A DNA stretch of 64,000 nucleotides from Candidatus Omnitrophota bacterium (GTDB lineage: Bacteria; Omnitrophota; Gorgyraeia; B26-G9). Below are positions 9,428 through 19,226 of this stretch, piece after piece. The first letter of the stretch is position 1, and each line of letters starts with the position of its first letter. A program made the translations under genes and the position numbers. Below the pieces are notes generated by a model. It had not been told where the DNA came from, did not search any database, and worked only from the letters and a program-made list of their open reading frames with translations. Where the stretch lies: the NCBI GenBank assembly GCA_043826565.1, contig JBDRPX010000038.1, positions 6,334 through 70,333 of the forward strand, given 5' to 3'.

Positions 9428-10663
9428 GTGTTTTATAAAAAGACGGCTTTAATACTGGTTATTTGTTTGAATTTGTTTTGTGTTGGGGGAAATAATAATG
9501 TTTTTGGCTATGAGACTTTTGGAAAATGGGCGGATAGTAGTATCCCTGTTCCGTACTACATAAACGCAGATGGCTCAGATAATATCTCAGATGGAAGTGA
9601 TCTTACAGCTTGTCAGACTTCATTTCAAACCTGGACCAATGTGGCGACTACAGATATTGCGGTAACCTATCTTGGGACTAGTACTAGTACCAGTGGTGGA
9701 ACTCTGGATGGCGTTAACCTTTTGTCTTGGGTGGAGAATACCGCAGATCCTCGGTATGTTAATACTGTGAAAGTAGCCGGTACTATTGCGGTATGTGTGG
9801 CATGGGTTTCGAGTGGTACTATAGTGGATGCGGATATTATTTTTAATGGTGCTGATCATACTTGGTCTACCAGCGGAGCTGGAGGAGCTATGGATGTGCA
9901 GAATTTAGCAACGCATGAAATAGGCCATTTTTTTGGATTAGATGATTTATATACTGCTGCGGATACGGAAAAAACCATGTATGGTTATGGATCTACCGGA
10001 GAAACAAAAAAACGCGACTTACATCAGGATGATATTGATGGTATTTCCGCGCTTTATCCGTATTCCGGAATAATTGATTTTTCCGCTAATTCGATTTCTG
10101 TAGCTGATGCAAGCTGGAATACCTTGAGCTGGAAAAACCCCAGCCGAAGTACATTTGTAAGAACGATGATACGCTATCGTACTGATGGTACGCATCCGGC
10201 AAATACTAGCGATGGAACGCTATTAGTTTTACAAAACGGCACTCCCGGGGCTAGTGAATATTATAATCATACCGGACTTATCCCAAACACAACATATTAC
10301 TATACCGCATTTGCTTTTGATTCAGTAAATGGATATAATGCTCCGAATGATGCAAGTAAAAAAAGTGCCGCTTCTTTAGGTGCGGGCGGAGTAGTGGATA
10401 AAGGGGCAAAAAGTGATTGTTTTGTGGCTACCGCATGTTATGGTAATATGCAGGCAGATGAGGTTAAATCATTACGTGAATTTAGAGATAAATATCTTAA
10501 AAAAACAGTGTTGGGAAAAGAGTTTGTTCGGGGTTATTATTTAATCGGTCCATATTTTGCTCAAATGCTCAATGAAAATTTTCAATATAAAGGAATTGTG
10601 CGGATGATGCTGAAACCGGCGGTCAAATTTGCTGATTTTGTTACAAAGGGAGGGTGTTTATAA
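9428..10663 (+). CDS. Matrixin (M10-like metzincin) metalloprotease with FN3-like domain and CFI-box-CTERM
   Basis: Signal peptide; DADIIFN, HEIGHFFGLDD zinc motif, Met-turn KTMYG, LHQDDIDGISALY; HTGLIPNTTYYY (FN3-like); CFVATACYG..EV..LREFRD.YL tail. Confidence 0.88.
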   Translation: MFYKKTALILVICLNLFCVGGNNNVFGYETFGKWADSSIPVPYYINADGSDNISDGSDLTACQTSFQTWTNVATTDIAVTYLGTSTSTSGGTLDGVNLLSWVENTADPRYVNTVKVAGTIAVCVAWVSSGTIVDADIIFNGADHTWSTSGAGGAMDVQNLATHEIGHFFGLDDLYTAADTEKTMYGYGSTGETKKRDLHQDDIDGISALYPYSGIIDFSANSISVADASWNTLSWKNPSRSTFVRTMIRYRTDGTHPANTSDGTLLVLQNGTPGASEYYNHTGLIPNTTYYYTAFAFDSVNGYNAPNDASKKSAASLGAGGVVDKGAKSDCFVATACYGNMQADEVKSLREFRDKYLKKTVLGKEFVRGYYLIGPYFAQMLNENFQYKGIVRMMLKPAVKFADFVTKGGCL

Positions 10664-11628
10664 TGGTAAAAGGATTTGCGATATTTACAGTGATTTTTAC
10701 AGTCCTTGTGGTTTGCTCAGGTTTGTGTTTTGCCATAGAAGGCGGAACCAGGCCGATTTCTATGGGCGGTGCTTTTGTGGCTATAGCTGATGATGCGCAT
10801 GCGGTTAGTTGGAATCCTGCGGGAATGGCTTGGCAGGAAGATTTCGAATTGACTTATTCGGCCATATTGAATAATCGGGATAAATATATATGCGGTGATT
10901 TTATGAGTGATGATTATTTAAGTTTATGTGCGCCGATTAAGGCCGGATATAAATCTGATTTTAATTCTTTTGGGGCAGTTGGTTTGTTTGTAAATAATAC
11001 CGGGTATAAGCAGGGCGGAGCAAATACAGAAATTTTTCAGCCGGGGATATCTTATGGAAAACAAATTTTTTCCGATAATTTTGCGGTGGGAGTATCCTTG
11101 TCTTCTTATGCGCTGGATGTCAGTGTCCCTAATATAAGTGACAATGACACTGTTTATAGCATTAATCTGGGAGTTTTGTGGTATATTAATGAACATGTTA
11201 CGTTTGGTTGTTTATGGGAGAACGTGAATGAGCCTACTTATTCACTATTTAATATAACAAATCGTTTGGTGAGAAATCTGCGTCCGGGAATCGCGTATTA
11301 TTTTAGTGAAAATACCGTGATTACTATGGACATCTATGATTTAACCGGGAATACGGAGGATCGTGCCAGTGATTATAGTCAGGATATCCGAATTGGATTT
11401 GAACACTATCTTAATGATGATATTTCGCTAAGGGTGGGAGCGCATCATCCTAATTCCGATGTTGATAGCAGTAAATATTATTCATGCGGTTTTGGGTGGC
11501 AGCGGTCAGATTTTATGGGAGTATATCCGGTTAGTTATTATTTGGACTATGGTTTTGTTTATTGGCCGGAAGCACCTACCGGAACGGATACGTATACTCA
11601 TCAGCTTGGTGCGACTTTGAAATTTTAA
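10663..11628 (+). CDS. PorV/PorQ/UPF0164 (FadL-like) outer-membrane beta-barrel
   Basis: GTRPISMGGAFVAIADDAHAVSWNPAG N-terminal motif; alternating beta-strands; C-terminal Phe (HQLGATLKF). Confidence 0.8.
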   Translation: MVKGFAIFTVIFTVLVVCSGLCFAIEGGTRPISMGGAFVAIADDAHAVSWNPAGMAWQEDFELTYSAILNNRDKYICGDFMSDDYLSLCAPIKAGYKSDFNSFGAVGLFVNNTGYKQGGANTEIFQPGISYGKQIFSDNFAVGVSLSSYALDVSVPNISDNDTVYSINLGVLWYINEHVTFGCLWENVNEPTYSLFNITNRLVRNLRPGIAYYFSENTVITMDIYDLTGNTEDRASDYSQDIRIGFEHYLNDDISLRVGAHHPNSDVDSSKYYSCGFGWQRSDFMGVYPVSYYLDYGFVYWPEAPTGTDTYTHQLGATLKF

Positions 11629-11638
11629 GAGGTTGTAA

Positions 11639-12472
11639 ATGAAAAAATTTTTAATAATACTTTTAGGATTTTTTATATTTTCGATGAATATCCTGTTTAT
11701 CGGTTTTCGTCTGAGTAATTTGAAGCATATTCATAGTAAACGTCAGTATATTAATCAGCGTTTAGAATTGATCGCCGTTAGAAGTGCTGCTTTTAAAGTT
11801 TCTTGTCGATTTCCGGAGCAGGGGGCAGCAAGTTCATCCCTAATCGTCGATGTTCCGAAAAATATAATGATTGCGCCTCCACAGATATTAAAGCAAAAAT
11901 TAGTAAAAAATATTCCGATCCGATTGCTGGGTATCGTCAAAGGCAAATCACCGGTGGCTTTTCTGGAATTGCTCGATAAAAAAATCAGCGGAATCTATCG
12001 TGAGGGAGACAATATCGGTGAGGCTACTGTTTGCGGTATATTTTCCGATAAAATATTGCTGCGTATCGATGGGCAGGAGTTTGAACTTACTTTTGAAAAA
12101 ACAATTGCCGATAAACAGGACTTACCTGTAGAATTTATTGCTGATAATGAGCTTTTGATTGAGAAAAAGAGTTTTAGTAAGAAAGTCCTGGATATTGCCG
12201 GCGAAGCTAATAAATTAAAGATTTCCCGGTCAGTGGATATTGATACGCAAAAAATTAAAGGATTGCAGGTTTCTAAAGTGCCGAAAAATGGCTTCATTGA
12301 AAATCTTGGGCTGAAAGATGATGATATTATTAGTAGAGTTAATGGGATGCAGGTAGATAGTATTCCTAAAGCCCTGGGAATTATGAATAAAATAAAGTCT
12401 TCAAATCTAATTAAACTTGAAATTATCAGAAATAATATACCCTTAATGCTTAAATATCAGATAAGGGACTGA
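11639..12472 (+). CDS. GspC-like protein with HR and PDZ domains
   Basis: TM; IRLLGIVKG..AFL, YREGDNI; PDZ (LGLKDDDIISRVNG, LEIIRN). Confidence 0.85.
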   Translation: MKKFLIILLGFFIFSMNILFIGFRLSNLKHIHSKRQYINQRLELIAVRSAAFKVSCRFPEQGAASSSLIVDVPKNIMIAPPQILKQKLVKNIPIRLLGIVKGKSPVAFLELLDKKISGIYREGDNIGEATVCGIFSDKILLRIDGQEFELTFEKTIADKQDLPVEFIADNELLIEKKSFSKKVLDIAGEANKLKISRSVDIDTQKIKGLQVSKVPKNGFIENLGLKDDDIISRVNGMQVDSIPKALGIMNKIKSSNLIKLEIIRNNIPLMLKYQIRD

Positions 12473-12492
12473 TCCTGCCTTTTGATAGTGTC

Positions 12493-12521
12493 TTGACATA
12501 ATAAATAATCCATGTTATACT
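12493..12521 (+). promoter_or_regulatory. Near-consensus sigma70 promoter (extended -10)
   Basis: TTGACA-N17-TATACT with TGn. Confidence 0.8.
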
Positions 12522-12601
12522 TAAGGTGAAGCAAGTTTTTTTATGGCAAGTAATTAAGTACTTTTATAATCATTATTGTATCTTCTGACAAGGAGGCGGA
12601 G

Positions 12602-12793
12602 GTGAATAATAATTTATTTATCCAGAGGAGGTTTCAGGTTAAGAGGGACTCAGAGAGTGGTTGTGTGAATTTTTTAGGGTCTATTTATATTGCGTACTAT
12701 TTTTATGTAAATAATGAGTTGTATGTTTCTAAATACGCATTGTGCGTAAAGTTTACCAAAAAGGAATCAGAAATTAAGCAGATGATTAAGTAA
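12602..12793 (+). CDS. Possible small protein (63 aa); alternatively part of an sRNA
   Basis: AGGAGG RBS before GTG; lies between its own promoter and terminator; no recognisable motif. Confidence 0.3.
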   Translation: MNNNLFIQRRFQVKRDSESGCVNFLGSIYIAYYFYVNNELYVSKYALCVKFTKKESEIKQMIK

Positions 12794-12823
12794 CTCTATA
12801 TTTTTCAAATAGTTTAGGATTTT

Positions 12824-12850
12824 AAGCTCCTCATATTGAGGAGCTTTTTT
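12824..12850 (+). terminator. Intrinsic terminator
   Basis: AAGCTCCTCA-TAT-TGAGGAGCTT followed by T run. Confidence 0.85.
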
Positions 12851-12852
12851 AT

Positions 12853-12881
12853 TTGACATTAGGCTCTAATATGAGTACAAT
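12853..12881 (+). promoter_or_regulatory. sigma70 promoter for the M16-rpe-pgm-lepA operon
   Basis: TTGACA-N17-TACAAT. Confidence 0.75.
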
Positions 12882-12929
12882 TATAAAGTTAATTAAAGAT
12901 ATTAAATGATATTGTTAAAAAGGATGCAG

Positions 12930-14213
12930 ATGTATAAGATTTCCGTGCTTGATAGTGGTGTGAAAATTGTAACTTATACTGATTCCAGGGTTAGTTCTGA
13001 GGCCGTAGGCGTTTGGATCGGCGCTGGGGGGCGATATGAAAGCACTCCGGAAAATGGGGTTTCTCATTTTCTTGAGCATTTGGTTTTTAAGGGCACGAAA
13101 AATCGCACTTATCGCCAAATTAAAGAGTCAATTGAAGGTTTTGGGGGTATTCTTAACGGATTTACTTCTGATGAGTTAACTTGTTTTCTCGCTAAAGTCC
13201 TTTCCGGACAAGTTGCGACCGCAGTTGATGTTCTCATGGATTTGACATTTAATTCGCTGATTAAAACCAGCGATATCCAGAAGGAAAGATTGGTTGTCTA
13301 TGAAGAAATAAAAATGTATTCTGATTTACCCCGGCATCTTGCTTATGACGGTTTAATGCAATTGCTTTGGCCAGACCACCCCTTAGGAAGAAATATTGCC
13401 GGTACCGTGGAAACTCTGAAGGAAATGACCAGAAAAGATATCCTTAACTATAAAGAAACACATTATAGTCCTAAAAATATTTTGATTGCTGCCTGCGGTA
13501 ATGTTGCCCACGATGTTATTGTGAAGAATGCTGAGAAATTTATCACGAAAAATCGCCTGAATAAAGCATGTTGCGAAAAACCTGTTTATCAGCTATCTCA
13601 AGCTTTTAAAAATGAGTCGAAAACTTCGTTTATTATTAAAAATATTGAGCAAACGCATTGTTGTTTAGGAGTTCGTGCTCCGGATCGAAAGTCATCTTTA
13701 CGTCATGCGCTGACTCTGTTGAATATTATTTTAGGAGCAAATATGTCTAGCCGCCTTTTTAATGAAGTACGTGAAAGAAAGGGACTTGCTTATGATATCG
13801 GTACCGGGATTAAGCGTTTAAGTGATGATGGTGCATTCATTGTCCATGCTGGTGTAGTTAATGAAAAAGTAAAAGAAACCCTGACGGTAATTTTTAAAGA
13901 GCTAAAGAAGATTGTCCGGACTTTGGCGGATAAAGATGAGTTCACGAGAGCTAAATTGTATTATATCGGTCAGCTTACCATGGGAATTGAGGATACTTCT
14001 GAGCATATGTCTTATATCGGGGAGACACTATTGTGTGAAGGGAATGTTAAGAAAATAAAAGAGGTCATTAAAGAAATTGAGAAAGTTAAAGTTGAAGACA
14101 TAAGAAAAGTTGCGGAAATGATATTTAAGAGGGAGAACTTAACGCTGTCAATAGTGGGGCCTTTGCAAAAAGGACAAGATGAGCAGCTTAAGCAATTAAT
14201 GCAAACGTTTTAA
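12930..14213 (+). CDS. M16 family (pitrilysin-like) zinc peptidase
   Basis: HFLEHLVFKG (HxxEH), NGFT, SSRLFNEVRERKGLAY. Confidence 0.93.
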   Translation: MYKISVLDSGVKIVTYTDSRVSSEAVGVWIGAGGRYESTPENGVSHFLEHLVFKGTKNRTYRQIKESIEGFGGILNGFTSDELTCFLAKVLSGQVATAVDVLMDLTFNSLIKTSDIQKERLVVYEEIKMYSDLPRHLAYDGLMQLLWPDHPLGRNIAGTVETLKEMTRKDILNYKETHYSPKNILIAACGNVAHDVIVKNAEKFITKNRLNKACCEKPVYQLSQAFKNESKTSFIIKNIEQTHCCLGVRAPDRKSSLRHALTLLNIILGANMSSRLFNEVRERKGLAYDIGTGIKRLSDDGAFIVHAGVVNEKVKETLTVIFKELKKIVRTLADKDEFTRAKLYYIGQLTMGIEDTSEHMSYIGETLLCEGNVKKIKEVIKEIEKVKVEDIRKVAEMIFKRENLTLSIVGPLQKGQDEQLKQLMQTF

Positions 14214-14230
14214 TAATCATTAAAAAGGGA

Positions 14231-14908
14231 GTGCCGCGTATGAAGAAGAAAAAAAATAAAGAATCTCTGTTGATATCTCCATCGATTCTTTCCGCGGATT
14301 TCTGCCGACTGGAAAAAGATATTTCTTCGGTAGAAAAAGCCGGGGCAGATATGCTTCATGTTGATGTTATGGATGGAAATTTTGTGCCGAATATTACGAT
14401 TGGTCCGGTTGTTGTAAAGGCTATACGTAAACGCACAAAATTACCGTTAGATGTGCATTTAATGATCAAAGACCCGCTTTTTTTTCTTGATGATTTTATC
14501 AAAGCAGGAAGTTCGATAATCACGGTGCATATTGAAACATGTCCATTTACTCAGATAAAAAAAATTAAGAAAAAACTCCAAGCCGCCGGAGTTAAACTTG
14601 GAGTGTCTTTAAATCCTTCAACGTCAATAGGTAAAATTAAAAAGGTTTTAAAATTGGCGGATTTGATTTTGATTATGAGTGTGAATCCCGGTTTCGCGGG
14701 GCAGTCTTTTATGCATGAAGTTCTCCCGAAGATTACCCAATTGCGGGCGATATATGACGGTGATATTGAAGTCGATGGTGGTATTACTGATAAAACTGCG
14801 CCGCTTGTCGTTGAGCGGGGAGCAAATATTCTGGTTGCCGGATCCTATGTTTTTGGGGCGAAAGATAGAAAACTTGCGATAGGAAAATTAAAAAATGCAG
14901 GAAATTAA
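14231..14908 (+). CDS. rpe: Ribulose-phosphate 3-epimerase
   Basis: SPSILSADF, HVDVMDG, DVHLM, MSVNPGF, EVDGG. Confidence 0.97.
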   Translation: MPRMKKKKNKESLLISPSILSADFCRLEKDISSVEKAGADMLHVDVMDGNFVPNITIGPVVVKAIRKRTKLPLDVHLMIKDPLFFLDDFIKAGSSIITVHIETCPFTQIKKIKKKLQAAGVKLGVSLNPSTSIGKIKKVLKLADLILIMSVNPGFAGQSFMHEVLPKITQLRAIYDGDIEVDGGITDKTAPLVVERGANILVAGSYVFGAKDRKLAIGKLKNAGN

Positions 14909-16280
14909 ATTCGGGACTGACGGTTTTCGCGGAATTATCGCGGATAATTTTACTTTTAATAATGTGCGGCGAATCGGCCGGGCAATGGCAAAATACATAA
15001 AAAAATTAAAATTGTCCCCTTTGCGAAGAAAAATCATTGTTGGATATGACCGCCGCTTTTTATCCGATAAATTTGCGGATGCGATAGCTAAGGAAATCAG
15101 CAGTGAGGGGGTATCTGTATTGCTTAGCGATACTCCGGTGCCTACTCCGGCAGTCAGTTTTTATATTAGGGCGCAAAAATTGCCTGGCGGAATAATAATA
15201 ACCGCCAGCCATAATCCGGCCCATTTTAACGGAGTTAAAATTAAAAATGAATTTGGTGCTTCTGCGGAAAACCGTGTAACTACAGCAATAGAAAACTGGG
15301 TTAATACAGAGAAAACTGGACGTTTAAATAAAGTTGACGCGAAAAAGGTTAAAAGCGTAAAAATCATTGCTCCATACATAAAGAATTTGTGTAATTATTT
15401 AAATTTTTCTTTGTTAAAAAAATGTCGATTTAAGATTTTGGTGGATGTTATGCATGGTTCCGGAAGCGGGGTTATTGAGCAAATATTAAAAGGCACAGAC
15501 TGCGAAGTTACCACGATACATCAGGAGAATAATCCGCTTTTTTCCGGAGTAAACCCGGAACCGATTGAAATCAATCTGCAGGAATTATCCGGACAAATGA
15601 AAAAAAATAAATATGATTTGGGTATCGCCTTAGATGGGGATGCTGACCGGATTGGGGCAATGTGTCCGGGGGGTGGATTTATTAGTTCTCATTATGCTAT
15701 TTGTCTACTCTTGTTGCATTTTATTGAAAATAAGAGATGGACCGGCCGGGTTCTTAAAAGTTTAAATACTACCACGATGGTTGAAAAAATTACCAACCAT
15801 TTTGGATTGCCGCTGGAGGTGGTTCCAGTGGGTTTTAAATATATTGCTAAGGAGATGCTTAAAGGTGATGTTTTGCTCGGAGGAGAAGAATCCGGAGGTA
15901 TCGGCTTTAAGGGGTATATGCCGGAGAGAGACGGTATTCTTTCCGGATTACTTTTATTGGAAATGATGGCTTATCGCAAGCAGTCTATATTGGAAATTAT
16001 TAAAGATATGGAAAAGCGCTTTGGCTGTTTTTTTTATTTAAGAAAAGATTTGCACCTAAAACGTGTAATCTCTCAGAATAAAATTCGGCATCCAAAAAGT
16101 ATTTTAGGCCAAAAGGTAATTGATGTAAAAACTTATGATGGGACAAAATTTATTATGGAAGATGAGAGTTGGTTATTGATAAGGGCGTCCGGAACTGAGC
16201 CGATTGTGCGAATTTATGCAGAGTCAAAAAGTCCGAGCCGGACAAAAAAACTTATTACTTTTGGATGTGATCAGGTATGA
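14895..16280 (+). CDS. Phosphoglucomutase/phosphomannomutase family
   Basis: [33 protein letters not shown]. Confidence 0.95.
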   Translation: MQEIKFGTDGFRGIIADNFTFNNVRRIGRAMAKYIKKLKLSPLRRKIIVGYDRRFLSDKFADAIAKEISSEGVSVLLSDTPVPTPAVSFYIRAQKLPGGIIITASHNPAHFNGVKIKNEFGASAENRVTTAIENWVNTEKTGRLNKVDAKKVKSVKIIAPYIKNLCNYLNFSLLKKCRFKILVDVMHGSGSGVIEQILKGTDCEVTTIHQENNPLFSGVNPEPIEINLQELSGQMKKNKYDLGIALDGDADRIGAMCPGGGFISSHYAICLLLLHFIENKRWTGRVLKSLNTTTMVEKITNHFGLPLEVVPVGFKYIAKEMLKGDVLLGGEESGGIGFKGYMPERDGILSGLLLLEMMAYRKQSILEIIKDMEKRFGCFFYLRKDLHLKRVISQNKIRHPKSILGQKVIDVKTYDGTKFIMEDESWLLIRASGTEPIVRIYAESKSPSRTKKLITFGCDQV

Positions 16281-18067
16281 ATAAAGAATTAATCAGAAAT
16301 TTTTGTGTAATTGCTCATATTGACCATGGTAAATCTACTTTGGCTGACCGGCTAATGCAGCTTACCCAGACTATTGATGAAAGAGACTTCCATGATCAGA
16401 TGCTTGATGACATGGATCTGGAACGCGAGAGAGGTATTACGATAAAAGCATCGGCAGTGAGAATGATTTATGAAGCTAAAGATGGGAATAAATATCAAAT
16501 TAATTTAATTGATACTCCCGGACACGTGGATTTTAGTTATGAAGTCACTAAATCCCTCTCGGCTTGTGACGGAGCGTTGTTGCTTGTTGATGCTGTTCAG
16601 GGGGTGGAAGCACAAACTGTGGCAAATTATTATCTGGCGATCGAGCAGAATTTAAAAATTATACCGGTTATTAATAAAATAGATTTACCGCACGCAAATC
16701 CGGAAAACATAAAGCATCAGATTCATGATGTTCTGCTCATTGAAGAAGACCCGTTATTAGCCAGCGCAAAGATGGGGATAGGCACTCGGGAAATAATGGA
16801 AGCGGTAGTGGAAAAGATCCCACCTCCATCCGGTAATAGCGAGGCTTCTTTGCAGGCATTGATTTTCGATTCTGTGTTTGATATTTATCGGGGAGTGATT
16901 GTGTATATTCGGATAATGAATGGTAAGATTGCTCCTAAAATGAACATCGAGTTTATGGATTCAGGTAAAATTTTTGAGGTTCTGGAAACCGGTATATTCA
17001 GTCCTACGCCTAAAAAAGTGGAAAGTCTTTCCTGTGGAGAAGTTGGGTATATATGCTGCAATATTAAAGATCCCCGGGAAATCCTTATTGGAGATACGAT
17101 AACTGATGCAAAAAATCCGTCCAAAACTCCTTTGCCGGGATTAAAAAAGATACGGCCGCTTGTTTTTTGCGGACTTTATCCCATAAATAGTAAGGATTTT
17201 GACAATTTGAGAGATGCCATGAATAAATTAAGGCTGACAGATATTGGGTTTGTTTTTGAGCAGGAGAGCAGTCCGTCATTAGGATTTGGATTTAGATGCG
17301 GGTTTCTTGGACTGCTGCATATGGATATTATCCAGGAGAGATTAGAAAGAGAGTTTGAGCTTAGTCTGGTGGCAACAACGCCGAGTGTAATCTATAGAGT
17401 TAAGCTTAATAACGGCGAGGAAATTGAAGTTGATAATCCGGCAAAATTCCCGGAGACTGTAAAAATTAATTTTATAGAAGAGCCTTATATTAAAGCGCTG
17501 ATGATTGTTCCGCATGATTCCTTGGGCGCGGTAATGAATATCGCGCAGTCAAAGCGCGGTATTTATGTAAGTAAAGAGTTTTTGGATCAACAGCGGATGA
17601 TGCTGACTTATGAATTTCCCTTAGCAGAAATAATTATTGATTTTTATGACAAGTTAAAATCAATAACCAGCGGGTATGGATCATTGGATTATGAAGTCAC
17701 CGGATATCGAGTGACGAAGCTGGTGAAAATGGATATTTTGATAAACGGTGAGCCTTGCGATGCTCTTTCTTTTCTTGTTCACAAAGACGGTGCGCAGTAT
17801 AAGGGCAGACAGATTGTTTCTAAGCTGCGGGAGTTGATTCCCCGGCAGCTTTTTGAGGTGGCAATTCAGGCGGCAATCGGCGCCAAGGTTATTGCGCGGG
17901 AGACTGTTCGTGCGCAGGGTAAGAATGTTACCGCGAAATGCTATGGCGGCGATATTACCCGAAAAAGAAAACTTTGGGAAAAACAGAAAATGGGACGTAA
18001 ACGAATGAAACAGTTTGGTAAAGTTCAGATTCCCCAAGAAGCATTTATGGCGGTTTTAAAACTATAA
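16277..18067 (+). CDS. lepA: Elongation factor 4 (LepA)
   Basis: [33 protein letters not shown]. Confidence 0.99.
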   Translation: MNKELIRNFCVIAHIDHGKSTLADRLMQLTQTIDERDFHDQMLDDMDLERERGITIKASAVRMIYEAKDGNKYQINLIDTPGHVDFSYEVTKSLSACDGALLLVDAVQGVEAQTVANYYLAIEQNLKIIPVINKIDLPHANPENIKHQIHDVLLIEEDPLLASAKMGIGTREIMEAVVEKIPPPSGNSEASLQALIFDSVFDIYRGVIVYIRIMNGKIAPKMNIEFMDSGKIFEVLETGIFSPTPKKVESLSCGEVGYICCNIKDPREILIGDTITDAKNPSKTPLPGLKKIRPLVFCGLYPINSKDFDNLRDAMNKLRLTDIGFVFEQESSPSLGFGFRCGFLGLLHMDIIQERLEREFELSLVATTPSVIYRVKLNNGEEIEVDNPAKFPETVKINFIEEPYIKALMIVPHDSLGAVMNIAQSKRGIYVSKEFLDQQRMMLTYEFPLAEIIIDFYDKLKSITSGYGSLDYEVTGYRVTKLVKMDILINGEPCDALSFLVHKDGAQYKGRQIVSKLRELIPRQLFEVAIQAAIGAKVIARETVRAQGKNVTAKCYGGDITRKRKLWEKQKMGRKRMKQFGKVQIPQEAFMAVLKL

Positions 18068-18095
18068 TTTAATAATCTCAACAAAAGGATATAGG

Positions 18096-18635
18096 ATGAA
18101 TCCAAAAACTAAAGCTATTATTAGAGAGTATGCGGAGTCATTGCTGATTGCATTTATTTTAGCCATGATTATCAGGACATTTGTCGTGCAGGCTTTCAAA
18201 ATTCCGACCGGTTCGATGATCCCTACACTTATTGAAGGAGATCGTATTTTAGTGAATAAGTTTATCTTCAAATTTCGAAAGGTTCAAGACGGAGAAGTGA
18301 TTGTTTTTAAATATCCGGAAAATCCGAAAATCGCATTTATAAAAAGGCTCATCGCCCAAGGACAGGAAAAAGTCGAGCTTAAAGGCGGACGTGTCTATAT
18401 AAATGATGAAAAAATTCAGGAGCCCCGGATTAATTCCCGGTTTTATTATAATCGGGGTGATTATGGCCAGGTTGATCAGGTTATCGATGTCCCGGAAAAT
18501 AATTTTTATGTTCTCGGGGATAATAGCGCTAATAGCCGGGATTCCCGATATTGGGGGTTTGTGCCGAAAAAGAATCTTATTGGGAAAGCAATTTTAATAT
18601 ATTGGCCGTTACATAGGATTCGATTAATAGAGTAA
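18096..18635 (+). CDS. lepB: Signal peptidase I
   Basis: IPTGSMIPTL, FIKR, GDNSANSRDSRYWG. Confidence 0.97.
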   Translation: MNPKTKAIIREYAESLLIAFILAMIIRTFVVQAFKIPTGSMIPTLIEGDRILVNKFIFKFRKVQDGEVIVFKYPENPKIAFIKRLIAQGQEKVELKGGRVYINDEKIQEPRINSRFYYNRGDYGQVDQVIDVPENNFYVLGDNSANSRDSRYWGFVPKKNLIGKAILIYWPLHRIRLIE

Positions 18636-18665
18636 AATTAATTTTTGAGAAAGATTAGCGATATA

Positions 18666-19226
18666 ATGAATTTAGCAAATTGGATATCAATATTCAGAAT
18701 TATTTTAATACCTTTTTTTATTAGTTCCATTGTTTACTATACTCCGGAAAAGGATTACCTTAGATATGTATCAATCGGAATCTTTTTTTTGGCCGTAATA
18801 AGTGATGGTATTGATGGATATATTGCGCGTACTAAAAAACTGAAGACAGTATTAGGTTCATTTCTCGATCCGGTGGCGGATAAACTTCTGCTTAGCTCGA
18901 GTTTTATTACTCTGGCATTAGCACAAAATGTTCCTTTAACCATAAAGCTCCCCTTGTGGGTGCCGATCGTTGTAATATCCCGGGATTTAATACTTGCGTT
19001 AGGATCATCTTTAATTCATGTGATTACGGGAAATCTAAAGATTACGCCAAGTGTTTTAGGTAAGCTTACTACATGTTTTCAAATGAGTACCATAATCTGT
19101 GTTCTTTTGCAGGTGGATTTTTCTTATCTGATCTGCTATATCGCCGTATTTTTTACGGTTGTTTCCGGGTTTGATTATATTGTAAAAGGTGTACGGATTA
19201 TAAACAATAATACACATGTTAAATAA
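18666..19226 (+). CDS. pgsA: CDP-diacylglycerol--glycerol-3-phosphate phosphatidyltransferase
   Basis: NLANWISIFR, SDGIDGYIAR, GSFLDPVADK. Confidence 0.88.
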   Translation: MNLANWISIFRIILIPFFISSIVYYTPEKDYLRYVSIGIFFLAVISDGIDGYIARTKKLKTVLGSFLDPVADKLLLSSSFITLALAQNVPLTIKLPLWVPIVVISRDLILALGSSLIHVITGNLKITPSVLGKLTTCFQMSTIICVLLQVDFSYLICYIAVFFTVVSGFDYIVKGVRIINNNTHVK

